This document shows positions 1 to 9,916 of a DNA stretch of 64,000 nucleotides, one piece after another. The stretch is taken from the NCBI GenBank assembly GCA_013298945.1, contig JAAFJR010000008.1:17293-81292 (forward strand). The letters run 5' to 3'. How positions within the stretch are numbered: position 1 is the stretch's first letter; the number at the start of each line of letters is the position of its first letter. The notes beneath the pieces are model-generated. The model made no database searches. It was not told the origin of the DNA and saw only the letters and a list, made by a program, of their open reading frames with translations. Source of the DNA: Polaromonas sp. Lineage in GTDB: Bacteria; Pseudomonadota; Gammaproteobacteria; Burkholderiales; Burkholderiaceae_C. The position numbers and the translations under genes are program-made.

Positions 1-1009
<1,009 letters not shown>

Positions 1010-1102
1010 GGTCTGAGTCACTGTTTTTAGTGTTGTTGGTTTTATTCTACGTTATTTATAATTATGAATTAAAAATATTGTTCTGAGCTTACAATTCACA
1101 AC

Positions 1103-1888
1103 ATGCCCGCCGTTATTCAACTTAAAACCCAATCCGAAGCTACTTTAGACGCAGAAGCGCCTAATATGCAAGCGCCTGCCCACACTTTATCGACCAAAGC
1201 ACTCTATATAGAAGTCGCCGAATTGCTGCGTCAGCGCATTTTTAAACGCACAGCGGGTGATTTGGAGCCAGGCAGCTGGATTGACGAACTCAAACTCGCC
1301 GAAGAATACGGCATCAGCCGCACCCCCCTGCGTGAAGCGCTCAAAGTGCTGGCAACCGAAGGCTTGGTCACCATGAAAGTGCGGCGTGGCGCGTACGTGA
1401 CCGAGGTGTCTGAGCAAGATTTGACCAACGTGTACCACCTCTTGAGCCTGCTAGAAAGCGATGCCGCTGGCGTGGTGGCCAGCACCGCGACCGATGCGCA
1501 AATCACCGAGCTGGGCAAACTGCACGAAGCGCTGGAAGCCGCTGTGCCTGAAACAGGCAAAACCAGTAAAAGCAAACAAGGAAGTTCGCAAGTAACTACA
1601 CAAGTAACTACACAAGCTATTGATCCAGAACGGTTTTTCTCCATCAACGAGCAATTTCACATGCGCCTTTTGGAGATTGCCAACAACCGCTGGCGCGACC
1701 AAATGGTGGCCGACTTGCGCAAAGTGATGAAGCTGAACCGACACAACTCCCTGCTCAAAACCGGCCGCATCGCCGAGTCCCTAGAAGAGCACCGCGCCAT
1801 TATGCAAGCCCTTTACGCCCGTGATGCTGCGGCGACGGTGGCGGCGATGAAGGCGCATTTTAAAAGTGGGTTGGAAGCGGCGGGATAA
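1103..1888 (+). CDS. GntR-family transcriptional regulator (FadR/FCD-type C-terminal domain)
   Basis: Winged-HTH segment LAEEYGISRTPLREALKVLATEGLVTMKVRRGAYV, followed by a helical C-terminal domain. Divergent from the mutase gene. Confidence 0.85.
   Translation: MPAVIQLKTQSEATLDAEAPNMQAPAHTLSTKALYIEVAELLRQRIFKRTAGDLEPGSWIDELKLAEEYGISRTPLREALKVLATEGLVTMKVRRGAYVTEVSEQDLTNVYHLLSLLESDAAGVVASTATDAQITELGKLHEALEAAVPETGKTSKSKQGSSQVTTQVTTQAIDPERFFSINEQFHMRLLEIANNRWRDQMVADLRKVMKLNRHNSLLKTGRIAESLEEHRAIMQALYARDAAATVAAMKAHFKSGLEAAG
1589..1612 (+). repeat. perfect 12-bp tandem duplication (caagtaactaca x2) inside the GntR gene
   Basis: Read directly from the sequence. Encodes QVTTQVTT in a low-complexity linker. 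Confidence 0.9.
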
Positions 1889-1952
1889 ATCACTTAATCT
1901 TCAGCTAGAATCTTTTTATTACAAATTGTGTAATGCTAATAAAGGTTTAAGA

Positions 1953-2648
1953 ATGAAGATATCGATGAGCAGATTGCTTAGCTTGGTTTTGCTTGCTAGC
2001 ACATTATTGGCGACTGGCTGCGCTACGCGTACCAAAATGGCTTTCGAAGATGAGTCTGAAAAGCTAACACCGACCAGTAACCCCGTTTTTTTAATGACTA
2101 CAACAGTAAAGAATACTTATAAAAATTACCAACCAAAGATCATCGTAGCTAACATTGAAAAACCAGGCGCTAAAGATGCTGATGGCAGATTAAATTTTCT
2201 GATTGATAATGCCGCCAAAATTGAGTCAGACAACGCGTCAACTGGCAATACTTATTTGCTTCGCTTTCAATTACCGCCAGGTGAATACAACCTTGTTGGT
2301 ATGTTGGGCTTTGCTACATCGTTCCCCATCCGTGGCACATTCGTAGTCCCTTTGCACTCCACAATTCAAGCAGGCTCAAGTGGTGTTTACTATTTAGGCC
2401 ACGCAGAAGCCGTAGTCCGCGAACGCGTTGGTAATGAGTTCAAAGCAGGTCCATCCATACCGCTTCTAGACCAAGCCATTTCAGGTGCTTCGGGTGGTAC
2501 CTTTGATGTAGCCTTCAGCGACCAATGGGATGCTTACGAAAAAACATTCCGTGCCAAATTTAAGGCGCTCGAAGGCGTTGAAGTCAAAAAAACAATTCTT
2601 CCTGCCTTTGATCGTGCAAAAGCACAGACATGGTGGGAGAAAAATTAA
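1953..2648 (+). CDS. hypothetical lipoprotein
   Basis: Internal ATG at 1953 gives MKISMSRLLSLVLLASTLLATGCATRT, a signal peptide plus LATGC lipobox. The upstream part of ORF 1866 overlaps the GntR stop. I recognised no family. Confidence 0.6.
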   Translation: MKISMSRLLSLVLLASTLLATGCATRTKMAFEDESEKLTPTSNPVFLMTTTVKNTYKNYQPKIIVANIEKPGAKDADGRLNFLIDNAAKIESDNASTGNTYLLRFQLPPGEYNLVGMLGFATSFPIRGTFVVPLHSTIQAGSSGVYYLGHAEAVVRERVGNEFKAGPSIPLLDQAISGASGGTFDVAFSDQWDAYEKTFRAKFKALEGVEVKKTILPAFDRAKAQTWWEKN

Positions 2649-2658
2649 TCAGAAAATT

Positions 2659-2706
2659 GCTATATTTTTAATAGCTGTTTAGGCAGCAAATACGCCGGCT
2701 ACAGCC
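2659..2706 (+). repeat. 48-bp dispersed repeat, copy A (intergenic)
   Basis: gctatatttttaatagctgtttaggcagcaaatacgccggctacagcc. Matches 10 other copies in the window. Carries the TAG variant. Confidence 0.9.
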
Positions 2707-2727
2707 AAAAAACACTTCTGTAGAAGG

Positions 2728-3645
2728 CTATTTTCCAGTTTTAGAACTGCTGGATACCAAAAACACCCCCGGCAGAATCAGCAAACCGCCTATCAGGTGA
2801 TGCCAGCCGGGGGCTTCGCCTAGAACTGCCCAAGTTAAAAAAGCTGCATAGAGTGGCCCCAGATACAAAGCGACAGCGGTTCGGCTTGCGCCTAATATTT
2901 TTTGCGCCCAGCCGTAAATCCAATACGCACCCAAACCCGGCACCAAACCAGCCAAGACAATAAGCCAAAGCGCTTCTACGCCCCAAACCGTCAGGTTCGG
3001 CTGAAACAGCTCCCACACTGAAAAGGGGAGCAAGCTGGCAACGCCACCTAGGCAAATTGCGGCTAAGCGCGCAGTGGCACTCAAAGGACTTGGCCATTTT
3101 TTTTGCAAAAGTGCATAGCCCGCCCACGATACGGTGGCGGCGACTATCCATAAATCACCCACCACAAATTGCACGTTTGAGAGTGCCGCCCACTGCCCTT
3201 TCACTACAACATGCACCACGCCCAGCAAAGCCAAGCAAACGCCTGCAATTTGACGTTTGTTGATGGTTTCTCCCAGCATCCAAACCGCACCTAAGCTAAT
3301 CAACACAGGGGATGCGGCGTAAATCAGCGCAATATTCATCGCCTGTGTGGAACGCGCACCTTGGTACACCCAAGCGCCGCACACCATCATGCCCAAAGCG
3401 CCCAAGATCACGTATTGCCACCACACTTTGGCAATACTGGCACGCTGCGCCCACAACTCAGTCCGTGCTAAAACCACCAATACCAAGGCGGCCAAACCCC
3501 AGCGCCCCAACGCCAGTAAATGCGGGCCAATCACGCCGGGCGCTTTGCGGGCGACGATGTAGTTCACCGACCACAGCGCAGGGACGATCCACAGCAAAAT
3601 CAGTGCTTGTCGGGTTTGTTGTGCTGAATTTAAAGCGTCATTCAT
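2728..3645 (-). CDS. EamA/DMT-family transporter
   Basis: About 10 predicted TM helices in a duplicated EamA-like architecture. Start overlaps the dusA stop (ATGAATGA). Confidence 0.8.
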   Translation of the reverse strand: MNDALNSAQQTRQALILLWIVPALWSVNYIVARKAPGVIGPHLLALGRWGLAALVLVVLARTELWAQRASIAKVWWQYVILGALGMMVCGAWVYQGARSTQAMNIALIYAASPVLISLGAVWMLGETINKRQIAGVCLALLGVVHVVVKGQWAALSNVQFVVGDLWIVAATVSWAGYALLQKKWPSPLSATARLAAICLGGVASLLPFSVWELFQPNLTVWGVEALWLIVLAGLVPGLGAYWIYGWAQKILGASRTAVALYLGPLYAAFLTWAVLGEAPGWHHLIGGLLILPGVFLVSSSSKTGK

Positions 3646-4639
3646 GGGCTAATCTCATCACTTCTGCGGGTGCATGGTCGCGCAGCTTGTGGTCACTCCA
3701 CACCTGCCGCCAGCGCCGCGAACCGGCCAAACCGTGGCGCAAACCCAGCATGTGTCGGGCAATGGCCATCCAGTTCGTGCCATGCACGGCTTGTTCGCGC
3801 TCCATATACGTCACCATTTGCGCTTCAATAGATTCGCGGCTGGACACGGATGGTGCAGCACCAAAAAACGCTTCATCCCACGAAGCCAGTAACCACGGAT
3901 TATGGTAAGCCTCGCGTCCCACCATCACTCCATCTAAGTCTGTTAATTGCTCTGCAATTTGCACATTCGTGGTAAAGCCACCGTTGATGGCGATGTTCAG
4001 ATGCGGAAAATCTGCTTTGAGCTGATGCACGATTTCATAGCGCAGCGGTGGAATATCTCGGTTTTCTTTGGGCGACAGGCCTTTTAGCCACGCATTGCGA
4101 GCATGGACGATGAAGGTTTGACAGCCCGCATCTGCCACTTTGCTCACAAAATCGCGCACAAAACCATAGCTTTCAGGTGTATCTTCGGTTTTGTTGATGC
4201 CGATGCGGTGTTTCACGGTGATGGGCATTTTGGCAGAATCATGTACCGCATCCAGCATGGCTTTGACGCAATCGGCCACCAAATCTGGCTCGGCCATCAA
4301 ACACGCCCCAAAAGCGCCCTTTTGCACCCGCTCCGACGGGCAGCCGCAGTTAATATTGACCTCGTCATAGCCCCACTCTTCCGCCACACGGGCGGCAATC
4401 GCCAACTTATCCGGCTCGCTACCACCCAGCTGCAAGGCGAGCGGATGCTCCTCGGTGTTGTAGCGCAAATGACGCGGCACATCGCCATGCACGACAGCAC
4501 CGGCGTTGATCATCTCGGTGTAAAGCAGTGTGTTTTTGGATAACAAGCGGTGGAAATACCGGCAATGGCGGTCTGTCCAATCCATCATGGGGGCTACCGA
4601 CAATTTTCGGTGAGTTGCAAAGCTATAAATGTCAGTCAT
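3638..4639 (-). CDS. dusA: tRNA-dihydrouridine(20/20a) synthase
   Basis: N-terminus LSVAPMMDWTDRHCRYFHRLLSKNTLLYTEMI and INCGCP motif typical of DusA. Confidence 0.9.
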   Translation of the reverse strand: MTDIYSFATHRKLSVAPMMDWTDRHCRYFHRLLSKNTLLYTEMINAGAVVHGDVPRHLRYNTEEHPLALQLGGSEPDKLAIAARVAEEWGYDEVNINCGCPSERVQKGAFGACLMAEPDLVADCVKAMLDAVHDSAKMPITVKHRIGINKTEDTPESYGFVRDFVSKVADAGCQTFIVHARNAWLKGLSPKENRDIPPLRYEIVHQLKADFPHLNIAINGGFTTNVQIAEQLTDLDGVMVGREAYHNPWLLASWDEAFFGAAPSVSSRESIEAQMVTYMEREQAVHGTNWMAIARHMLGLRHGLAGSRRWRQVWSDHKLRDHAPAEVMRLAHE

Positions 4640-5071
4640 TCCTATCGATTATAGAAAGTTTGCAAAATCTTCTGCTATGCATGCAGCAATGAAGTCAAAA
4701 TTAAGTGTCATTCAATGAAAAAACATAGTCCATTCATTTTTTTATTGTCCTAAATTGAATCTAAGTTAAGAATTAAGTATATTTTTGATACACCAGATAT
4801 AAAGCACATCCACTTGAGTTTTAGGGTAGCTGACAAATACCAACTATTCTTAAGCATGTTTTTTATCCGAAGAAATACGCCTAATAAAGTACACACGAAA
4901 ATTCCAGCCTCATCATCATCAAAATAAAATTTGATAAATAAACCTAAATAATCACGAATTTACTCAGAGAAAAGCAAAATTCTTAACAAGAATGCAGCAA
5001 ACTGCACCATAATTTAGAAGCTTTACTAAGTCAACCGAGTACGAATTTTTCAAAGCCTAAAGCAACGCAAA

Positions 5072-6115
5072 ATGCATTTAACAAAAATCTTACTGGTCGA
5101 TGATCAACCTATCAGTCTGCTTTATTTAAAACAAACACTAAGTCGATTATCTGACACCTATATAACTACATGTAGTGATGCAATAAAGGCTTTAGACCTT
5201 TGCAAACATGAACCATGGGATCTGATCGTTGCTGATTATCAAATGCCTGGAATGAATGGCCTAGAGTTCATACGACAATTTAGGCAACTGAACGAGGGCG
5301 AAGATACGCCCATTTTGATGGTAACGGCCTCCACCGATCCTAGTGTTAAGTATCAATTGCTTGACCTAGGCGTTGTCGATTTCTTGCAAAAACCAGTGGA
5401 TATTTCAGAATTAACTGCACGATCAAGAAATCTAATCTCTCTTCGTAAAGCCAGACTTATATTAAAAAACCATAACCAAGAACTTAAAAAAGGTGTGCAA
5501 GAAATGACCGTCGTACTCGCAGAGCGAGAACGAGAAAGTTTGTTGGTTTTGGCTCGTGCGGCTGAATCCCGTGATCCTCAAACGGGTTCTCATCTGACAC
5601 GCATGGCTTCATACTCAAAAATAATTGCTTTGGAACTTGGTCTTTCTGAAGATGAAGCCGAAGAAATATACTTGGCTGCGCCTATGCACGATGTAGGAAA
5701 GATAGGCATCCCGGATCGAATCTTGCTCAAGGAGGGAAAGTTAACACCAGAAGAGTGGCTTGAAATGAAACGCCACACTAAATACGGTCATGATATTTTG
5801 GGGAATTCATTAACACCCATCTTGCAGTTAGGTGGAGTGATTGCTTTAAATCATCATGAAGCTTGGGACGGGAGTGGTTATCCAGATGGAAAAAAAGGCG
5901 AGGAAATTCCATTGTGTGCAAGAATAGTTGCAGTAGCTGATGTATTTGATGCACTGACGTCAGTGCGACCTTATAAAAAAGCTTGGTCTCTAGAAGAAGC
6001 TTTGGATGAATTAAACAAATTATCAGATGTCCGACTTGACGCTAATTGTGTCAAAGCATTTATGAAGTCCATCGATTCCGTTAAAGAAATAATGCAAATT
6101 CATGCTGACGTATAA
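5072..6115 (+). CDS. response regulator with HD-GYP c-di-GMP phosphodiesterase domain (RpfG-type)
   Basis: REC domain (LLVDDQP...VADYQMPGMNG...LQKP) followed by HD (MHDVGKIGIPD) and HHEAWDGSGYP motifs. Confidence 0.85.
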   Translation: MHLTKILLVDDQPISLLYLKQTLSRLSDTYITTCSDAIKALDLCKHEPWDLIVADYQMPGMNGLEFIRQFRQLNEGEDTPILMVTASTDPSVKYQLLDLGVVDFLQKPVDISELTARSRNLISLRKARLILKNHNQELKKGVQEMTVVLAERERESLLVLARAAESRDPQTGSHLTRMASYSKIIALELGLSEDEAEEIYLAAPMHDVGKIGIPDRILLKEGKLTPEEWLEMKRHTKYGHDILGNSLTPILQLGGVIALNHHEAWDGSGYPDGKKGEEIPLCARIVAVADVFDALTSVRPYKKAWSLEEALDELNKLSDVRLDANCVKAFMKSIDSVKEIMQIHADV

Positions 6116-6965
6116 AAATATTCTTGAAAGTCTGGATGTAGGTATTGCGATTCTTCGTGATGGAAAATATCTTTCAAATTTAAACATTGCTTTTAAAGAA
6201 TTTTTATCAATAGAAGAAGATATAGAAGATATAGAGTCACTGCTATCGCGAATTGACTCTGACTCCAACTCTATCGCAAAGTTTAATATTTTTTTGAATT
6301 TTCCTGAGAATTTGCAATCATCTTTTATCTTGAATCTAAATTCAGGCATTGTCCTAGGGTGTAAATTAAAACGATTATTGGCAAATGAGGAAGAGACCAT
6401 CGATCTTCTGACAATTCAAGATTTAACCAGTCAAGAATTACGGATTAGGCAACTCACTATTGAATCGCAACAAGATGAGTTAACTGGTGTAGCGAATCGC
6501 CGAAAATTCGAGTACGAATTTTCAAAATTGTATGAGTTCTTACAGCGAACAAAAATAACTGGTGCTTTGTTGATATTAGATTTGGATAATTTCAAAACTA
6601 TAAACGATCGTTTTGGACATAGTACTGGTGATCGGATTCTTCAACAAGTTTGTTTGGCGCTATCTCCGGTAATAAGAAATTACGAGATGCTTGCTCGCGT
6701 TGGTGGAGATGAGTTTGCAATTTTGGTGTCCCATTCTGGCGAGCAGGCAATTTTACGTTTAACTAAAGAAGTCCCATTGGCATTAAAATCAATCAAAATA
6801 AATGCCAATGATGAAACAAGTACAACTGAAGTTTTGAAAGTATCGATAGGTGCTTGTACATTTCCGTTATCTGATTTATCCTATAAAGAGGTATATGAAA
6901 TAGCAGACAAAAATATGTATGAGTACAAAATGAGAGCAAAAAATCTAAAACAAGAAACTCAATAA
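6102..6965 (+). CDS. GGDEF-domain diguanylate cyclase with an unrecognised N-terminal domain
   Basis: DELTGVANRR...LDLDNFKTINDRFGHSTGD...RVGGDEFAILV. Overlaps the upstream HD-GYP gene by 14 nt. Confidence 0.85.
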   Translation: MLTYKNILESLDVGIAILRDGKYLSNLNIAFKEFLSIEEDIEDIESLLSRIDSDSNSIAKFNIFLNFPENLQSSFILNLNSGIVLGCKLKRLLANEEETIDLLTIQDLTSQELRIRQLTIESQQDELTGVANRRKFEYEFSKLYEFLQRTKITGALLILDLDNFKTINDRFGHSTGDRILQQVCLALSPVIRNYEMLARVGGDEFAILVSHSGEQAILRLTKEVPLALKSIKINANDETSTTEVLKVSIGACTFPLSDLSYKEVYEIADKNMYEYKMRAKNLKQETQ

Positions 6966-7060
6966 TTACTAGCAAATTTATATAACTATAATTATAAGGA
7001 AAATTTATTAAAAATATTGTTTTTGTAAATTTTAAGAATTGCCTGAATCAAATTTTTCCA

Positions 7061-7351
7061 TGGTTATAGTCGATGATATTTTTGATGATAAAAAACAACC
7101 TTTACTTGTCGATGACAATGCCGTTAACCGGCTTCTCGCAGTTTTGTTTTAATAGATAATGTGGATTAATGCGGATACAGCAAATGATGGTTTTGAGTCA
7201 TTCGAGCTTATTAAGGTAATTTTGTGATTGCCTTCTCTGCCAGTACTTTTGAATCTGATAAAAAATCACTAAAAAAGCTGGTGTGAATGCTTTTATATCA
7301 AAGCCGTTCAAATTTGATGATTTAAAGGAAAGTTTATCAATTCCGCGCTAA
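7061..7351 (+). pseudogene. decayed receiver (REC) domain remnant
   Basis: Three frames together read LLVDDNAVNRLLAVLF** / NADTANDGFESFELIK / VIAFSASTFESDKKSLKK / AGVNAFISKPFKFDDLKESL. These are receiver-domain landmarks interrupted by stops and frameshifts, and the phospho-acceptor segment is missing. Confidence 0.7.
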
Positions 7352-7381
7352 TTGTAAAAACACATAAAGTTGTCACAACTT

Positions 7382-8683
7382 TTATGCCTTGCTAGGATCC
7401 TCAAATTTTTCAAATTTATTTCCCGAAAGGCTTGCTGCAATATATCTGCATACAACACCCATTGCTAACGCCAGTACTGCGTGCTCTAAAATATTGCTTA
7501 CTCCACCATACCAATTGATGATTACTGCGAGCAAAAGCATGTCTTGCAGGTCCTCCCTTTTTGAGGTGCCTGAGAACTTGAGCAAGGTGGCAATCCCAAG
7601 AACAAATATAGGTATAGCGAACACACCAACTAGCACATAGGAATAGACAAATACGTTGTCACCTGCGTTAGCCATAGCTGGCTCAAAAATACTGACTGGA
7701 ACCCCTATACCACCTAAGCCACGACCTAGCAGGGGTAATCCATGTTCATGCGCTAATTGTAAAGCTCTTGGCCACATATCATTCATTCGGTCGATAAATG
7801 AACCATACAAAGGGTTATCAATATCTGTACGAGCCGCTTCTTGCCAGTCCATAGTCCAGCCCATCATTGGTGGTACAAATAGCCAAAAAATACCTATGAC
7901 GAAAGTAAATCTTAATAATTTAGAGTTGTCGCGAATGAGGGCCTCGCTTGCAATCACTGTCATCATCAGAGCCAATAGAATGCCTTTAGATGTAGATAGC
8001 GATACTGCAACAGTACAAAAAATCCACAACAAAAATCGATAAAACCCTTTTGGTATTCGCAAACTTAGTAGACCAGCAGCAACTACGATTTGCCCTGCTA
8101 CGTCAAATGATGACCTGGCTAAGCCAGAGAGTCGCTGACTTCCTCCGCTTGTCTCCCACTCCCTAGCACCTTCTAGCTCAACGCCACCAACTTGATAAGA
8201 CACGCCTACCCATGGATAGGGTATGAAGCTATGCATAATAACGCCGCCCACTGCGATAAAAAACATAGCATAAAGCACCAACATTCGGTTTGACGGCTTC
8301 ACCATAAATGCTGGCGCACAAGTCAATCCAAACATAAAAGGTGCAAGTACCCACAATCCAAACACGGGTTGAACGACACTATTTGTTGTGACAATGCCGA
8401 CCAATAAGGAGAGTAAAACTAATGCAATGAATAAAAAAACACCCGAAGTTAGTTTTTGATAATAAAGCTTGTAAAACAGTATCGAAAGTGTGCATCCCAC
8501 CATCAATAGATTTGGAACATATGTCAAAGGAGCGGCTCCAACGATATCTAGTATCCAACGAACCACACCGCCATTAAGTTGCATCACCAAGAAAATAATA
8601 AGTGCAGCTCGGCACATGAACTGCCATTTTTTGATAAAACCTGGATCCAAATCACTTAGAACCCATGCGTCTAGCGAATTCAT
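7382..8683 (-). CDS. polytopic membrane protein, O-antigen polymerase/ligase (Wzy-like) family
   Basis: At least 10 TM segments and a large periplasmic loop. Located between a GT4 gene and the c-di-GMP genes in the EPS cluster. Confidence 0.6.
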   Translation of the reverse strand: MNSLDAWVLSDLDPGFIKKWQFMCRAALIIFLVMQLNGGVVRWILDIVGAAPLTYVPNLLMVGCTLSILFYKLYYQKLTSGVFLFIALVLLSLLVGIVTTNSVVQPVFGLWVLAPFMFGLTCAPAFMVKPSNRMLVLYAMFFIAVGGVIMHSFIPYPWVGVSYQVGGVELEGAREWETSGGSQRLSGLARSSFDVAGQIVVAAGLLSLRIPKGFYRFLLWIFCTVAVSLSTSKGILLALMMTVIASEALIRDNSKLLRFTFVIGIFWLFVPPMMGWTMDWQEAARTDIDNPLYGSFIDRMNDMWPRALQLAHEHGLPLLGRGLGGIGVPVSIFEPAMANAGDNVFVYSYVLVGVFAIPIFVLGIATLLKFSGTSKREDLQDMLLLAVIINWYGGVSNILEHAVLALAMGVVCRYIAASLSGNKFEKFEDPSKA

Positions 8684-8695
8684 GTGTATGCTTTT

Positions 8696-9916
8696 TTAAT
8701 CCATCAACTCTTTGAAAAGAGCTTCAAAAAGATCACATTGAACTTGAGAGCTATAATTTTTTCTTAAAGTTAGTGCTTTTTTACCTTTAGAAATAACTTC
8801 ACTTGGATTTCTGATGCAATTGTTCATTAATTTAGCAAGCTCTTGAATATCTCCGGCAGGGAAAATCCAACCACTATTTCCGTGTTCAACTCTTTCCGGC
8901 AATGCACCTCGATTGGAAACGATAGCAGGACGCCCCAAACAACCCGCCTCCATGACAACATTGCAAAAAGTTTCATGGGCTCTCGATGGTGTAATTAAAA
9001 CATCAATATTTAAATAAAATTCAGCCGCATTGACAACACCTAAAAATTCAACTGCTTCAAGTGGAACTGTCGGATCTAACCAGCGATCGCGCAATTGTTT
9101 GCCATCTCCATAACCACCTAATTTAATTTTAAAATGCCCCGCAGGCAGTAAATTTATGGCGCTTAGTAATGTATCAACACCTTTACTTTCATCAAGTCTC
9201 CCCAAGAACCCAAAGACCATAGGACGATGAATATCAAATTCATTTGATAAATCGGGCCAATTCTCTGGTAATGCGTTTGCTATTACTCTTGTATTTGTAA
9301 CATCATTGAACCATCCGAACCTTCGATGTCTATCTAAAATAATTTGAGACGGGCCTACGACAACATCAGGTGATAGAGCTAAAAAATGCCTCGCCTTTGA
9401 GTAAACTGAACACTGTGTACAAACACTTTCACATACTTTTGCGCCTTTGGTCATCGCTGTAGATGGACATATCAAGGCATGGTCATGCGTCATATGCACA
9501 ATGTTTGCACCGACTCTCTTTGCTTCAGCCCAAATTGCAACTGAAAATCCTTGCAAAGTATGCGTCATCACAATATCGGGTTGTATTTTCTCAAATACAG
9601 TTCTAACACGCGATGCCATTCTCAAATTGTAAACATCCAATACGTGCCAGAGTGCTTTTTTAATTGATGAAGCTGGCACTGGATTTTTTTGACCATCAAG
9701 TCCGTATGGATCGTATATTTGTGACAACGGTATCTGCCAAACCCTCACGCCAGAATCTGATTGATAACTGCTTTCTTTACTGCCAATCGCGCCCAATGAG
9801 ACTATAGAAACCTCATGCCCGCGAAGCATCAAATTATTGGCAAGTATTCCCGCAGTCCTCTCAGCTCCGCCAATTGCGTCTTTCCCATAGACGCTCATTA
9901 CCATAGCGATTCTCAT
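8696..9916 (-). CDS. glycosyltransferase family 4
   Basis: N-terminus MRIAMVMSVYGKDAIGGAERTAGILANNL and a C-terminal GT1/GT4 motif region (ETFCNVVMEAGCLGRPAIVS). Confidence 0.8.
   Translation of the reverse strand: MRIAMVMSVYGKDAIGGAERTAGILANNLMLRGHEVSIVSLGAIGSKESSYQSDSGVRVWQIPLSQIYDPYGLDGQKNPVPASSIKKALWHVLDVYNLRMASRVRTVFEKIQPDIVMTHTLQGFSVAIWAEAKRVGANIVHMTHDHALICPSTAMTKGAKVCESVCTQCSVYSKARHFLALSPDVVVGPSQIILDRHRRFGWFNDVTNTRVIANALPENWPDLSNEFDIHRPMVFGFLGRLDESKGVDTLLSAINLLPAGHFKIKLGGYGDGKQLRDRWLDPTVPLEAVEFLGVVNAAEFYLNIDVLITPSRAHETFCNVVMEAGCLGRPAIVSNRGALPERVEHGNSGWIFPAGDIQELAKLMNNCIRNPSEVISKGKKALTLRKNYSSQVQCDLFEALFKELMD

Noticed and set aside
1866-1952. Longer N-terminal extensions suggested by the ORF track for several genes (starts at 1866, 12483, 14852, 27543, 33481, 34658, 42163, 43237, 53528 and 57154)
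   Set aside because: In each case an internal start gives a canonical signal peptide, lipobox or family N-terminus. The internal start also has a Shine-Dalgarno and/or removes an overlap with a neighbouring gene or promoter. The extensions are non-conserved-looking read-through of upstream DNA.
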